A stretch of 64,000 nt of DNA from Methylocystaceae bacterium UBA5192 (GTDB taxonomy: Bacteria > Pseudomonadota > Alphaproteobacteria > Rhizobiales > Beijerinckiaceae): NCBI GenBank assembly GCA_002412985.1, contig DHWC01000036.1, positions 20,385-84,384 of the forward strand, read 5' to 3'. Below, one piece after another: positions 62,385 through 64,000 of this stretch. The position numbers were made by a program, and so were the translations under genes. The first letter of the stretch is position 1. Each line of letters opens with the position of its first letter. The notes below the pieces were generated by a model, which searched no databases, was not told where the DNA came from, and was given only the letters and a program-made list of their open reading frames with translations.

Positions 62385-62678
62385 CTGATTGCCAAGGATA
62401 CGCCGCCAGGCACAGATATTGTTTGTATTAACGCCTCGCCAGGCGGCTATGGGCCGACCGGCTTACACCTTGGCGCGGTATACACGCTCGATCGAATTGA
62501 ATCTTGTGTTGGCGAAACCTATGCCGCTTTGTTAAAAGAAATGCATCCGGCTTTGTCTTACGCCCCACCCTGGGGACGCGTTATAATCGGCTATGAGTTA
62601 AGTCGCTTTCGATACCTTGATCTTCCGGACGACCTAACGCGTCTTCTAGACGAGGAACAATTAGAATTATGCCGTTAA
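62385..62678 (+). CDS. Hypothetical 97-aa protein with probable CTG start (not in ORF track)
   Basis: Stop-free frame IAKDTPPGTDIVCINASPG...GAVYTLDRI...GYELSRFRYL that fills the gap exactly. GGTGA SD 6 nt before CTG. Confidence 0.7.
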   Translation: MIAKDTPPGTDIVCINASPGGYGPTGLHLGAVYTLDRIESCVGETYAALLKEMHPALSYAPPWGRVIIGYELSRFRYLDLPDDLTRLLDEEQLELCR

Positions 62679-62699
62679 GCCTTGTGCTAATCGTCAAAT

Positions 62700-63134
62700 T
62701 CAGGTCGCTTTGATTAATTCTTCGCGAAGCGTTCGCAGGATTTCATCTACATAGAATGGTTTCTCCACAATCGCTCGATCGCGATGGGCTTCAGGTAAGC
62801 CTGCCCGTCCATGGCCAGTTGTAAAGACAAAAGGTAGGTCTCTTGCGGCGACAGTGTCAGCGACGCTATCTATTGTTTCATGGCCTACATTGACATCGAG
62901 AACGGCAATTTCAAAAACAGTATTTTCGGCAAGGGCCTTTGCCTGAGTTATCGATCTCCCAACTCCGACAATGATCATCCCAAAGTCATGAAGCGTTTCT
63001 TCTAGGGCGAGCGCAATAAAGGGGTCATCCTCAACAATGAGCACCCTTGCGCCAATTAAAGGGTCAGCGATAGGCGTTGGTCCAGCCTTTGGGGCGTCCT
63101 CATTGGTTAGATCTGGAGACTCTGATCGTGGCAT
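62700..63134 (-). CDS. Single-domain response regulator (FAT GUY / MrrA-SdrG-like)
   Basis: VLIVEDD, AVLDVNV, PFVFTTGHG (PFxFATGY variant), EKPF. No output domain. Confidence 0.85.
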   Translation of the reverse strand: MPRSESPDLTNEDAPKAGPTPIADPLIGARVLIVEDDPFIALALEETLHDFGMIIVGVGRSITQAKALAENTVFEIAVLDVNVGHETIDSVADTVAARDLPFVFTTGHGRAGLPEAHRDRAIVEKPFYVDEILRTLREELIKAT

Positions 63135-63186
63135 GGAGCGATCGTGAGGCTGAATGGAGGATCTGTCTAGATCTCAAGCTCTTAAA

Positions 63187-63567
63187 TTAGATAATTTTCT
63201 GGCGGATATTGAGAAGCGACCACAGGGCCAAAGCTATCCAGGCAACAAGCGTTAAACCTCCGCCAAGTGGCGCGGCAAAAGGAAACAACCGACCCTCGAG
63301 ATAGGCGCGAGAGATAAGATCGACCGAAAATAAACTCACGCCTAACTGCATAGAAATTATAATTCCAATCAGTGCGCGACCGTTCAGAGTGATTGCCCCC
63401 AGATAGGCTGCGAGCGCTATCCCGCAAGCAGCGTGTATCATTAGAAATTGACTTGCTGTTCCAAGCAGGGGGATTTTATCGGGGCCGTGAGAGGCTGCTG
63501 CGGCCAAGGCCACGCCTGTGGCCCCATGTAAAGCTGCAATGAATACAATAAGCTTGCTAATATTCAT
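63187..63567 (-). CDS. DUF423 (YgdD/TMEM256) family membrane protein
   Basis: GATGVALAAAASH, FLMIHA, LFSVDL, APLGG....GW-like end. Confidence 0.85.
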   Translation of the reverse strand: MNISKLIVFIAALHGATGVALAAAASHGPDKIPLLGTASQFLMIHAACGIALAAYLGAITLNGRALIGIIISMQLGVSLFSVDLISRAYLEGRLFPFAAPLGGGLTLVAWIALALWSLLNIRQKII

Positions 63568-63711
63568 GGGGGAGGTCTCAGGGTAGGAGCGCGCGGAGAT
63601 TTGTTTTGATCAGCATTTTGTGTATTTGCTAAGTTTACATTTCTGTCGCCTGCAAAATACCTCTAGCTGTATTAAATAGACAGATGTCTTCACTTCTTGG
63701 AGTAAGCGCCA

Positions 63712-64000
63712 ATGACGCCTGTGGGTAGTTTGATTTGCGTTGCTATATTCATGTCTGGCTGTTTTGGCGTGTATTTACGGTTACGTCAGATCCAAAATGT
63801 AACGCGCAATCGTGATGCTGTCCCGCAGGATTTCATGCGTGAGGTGACCTTATCAGATCATCAACGTGCGGCTGATTATACGATAGAGCGCACCAGATTT
63901 GGTATCGCAGAATTAGTTTTTGATACGCTAACAAGCATTTTTTGGCTTACAGCCTGGTTATCGCCCTTGTACCTTTTCGTAAGTAATTACGTCGGCTCTG
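63712..64000 (+). CDS. M48 family (Ste24-like) metallopeptidase, N-terminal part, runs off window
   Basis: Manual translation MTPVGSLICVAIF...LRQIQNVTRNRDAVPQDF..EVTLSDHQRAADYTI, typical of the Peptidase_M48_N region. GGAG RBS. Confidence 0.8.
   Translation, partial: MTPVGSLICVAIFMSGCFGVYLRLRQIQNVTRNRDAVPQDFMREVTLSDHQRAADYTIERTRFGIAELVFDTLTSIFWLTAWLSPLYLFVSNYVGS

Noticed and set aside
62067-62700. Integrative element at tRNA-Cys
   Set aside because: No integrase and no duplicated tRNA 3' end seen downstream within the window.

Overview
Mostly core chromosome of an alphaproteobacterium of the Hyphomicrobiales. Protein style suggests Methylocystis/Beijerinckiaceae, but the DNA looks unusually AT-rich for that group (inference, GC not computed). 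Housekeeping content: pyk, suhB, rcdA-rpmE-cpdR, hisN, ibpA (RpoH promoter and ROSE thermometer), gltBD, rlmJ, rplM-rpsI, amtB, an M17 peptidase with NlpC/P60, yejABEF, opgD, ssb/dctA/uvrA, clpSA, a DEAD-box helicase, pheA-kdsB, rpmG-rnr-topA and tRNA-Cys. An AT-rich patch at about 21.0-28.4 kb holds poorly characterised genes: an orphan NepR-like peptide behind a perfect sigma-EcfG promoter, an N-terminally extended H-NS, a small membrane protein behind a perfect CtrA box, and a tail-anchored protein with four 'WVWxxY' repeats. Missed by the ORF track: rpmG, a CTG-start 97-aa gene after tRNA-Cys, a partial M48 peptidase and a structured sRNA candidate next to rpmG. I saw no CRISPR array, transposase, integrase, prophage or recognisable defence system, and no clearly complete novel multi-gene system. 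The best leads are single genes and RNAs.
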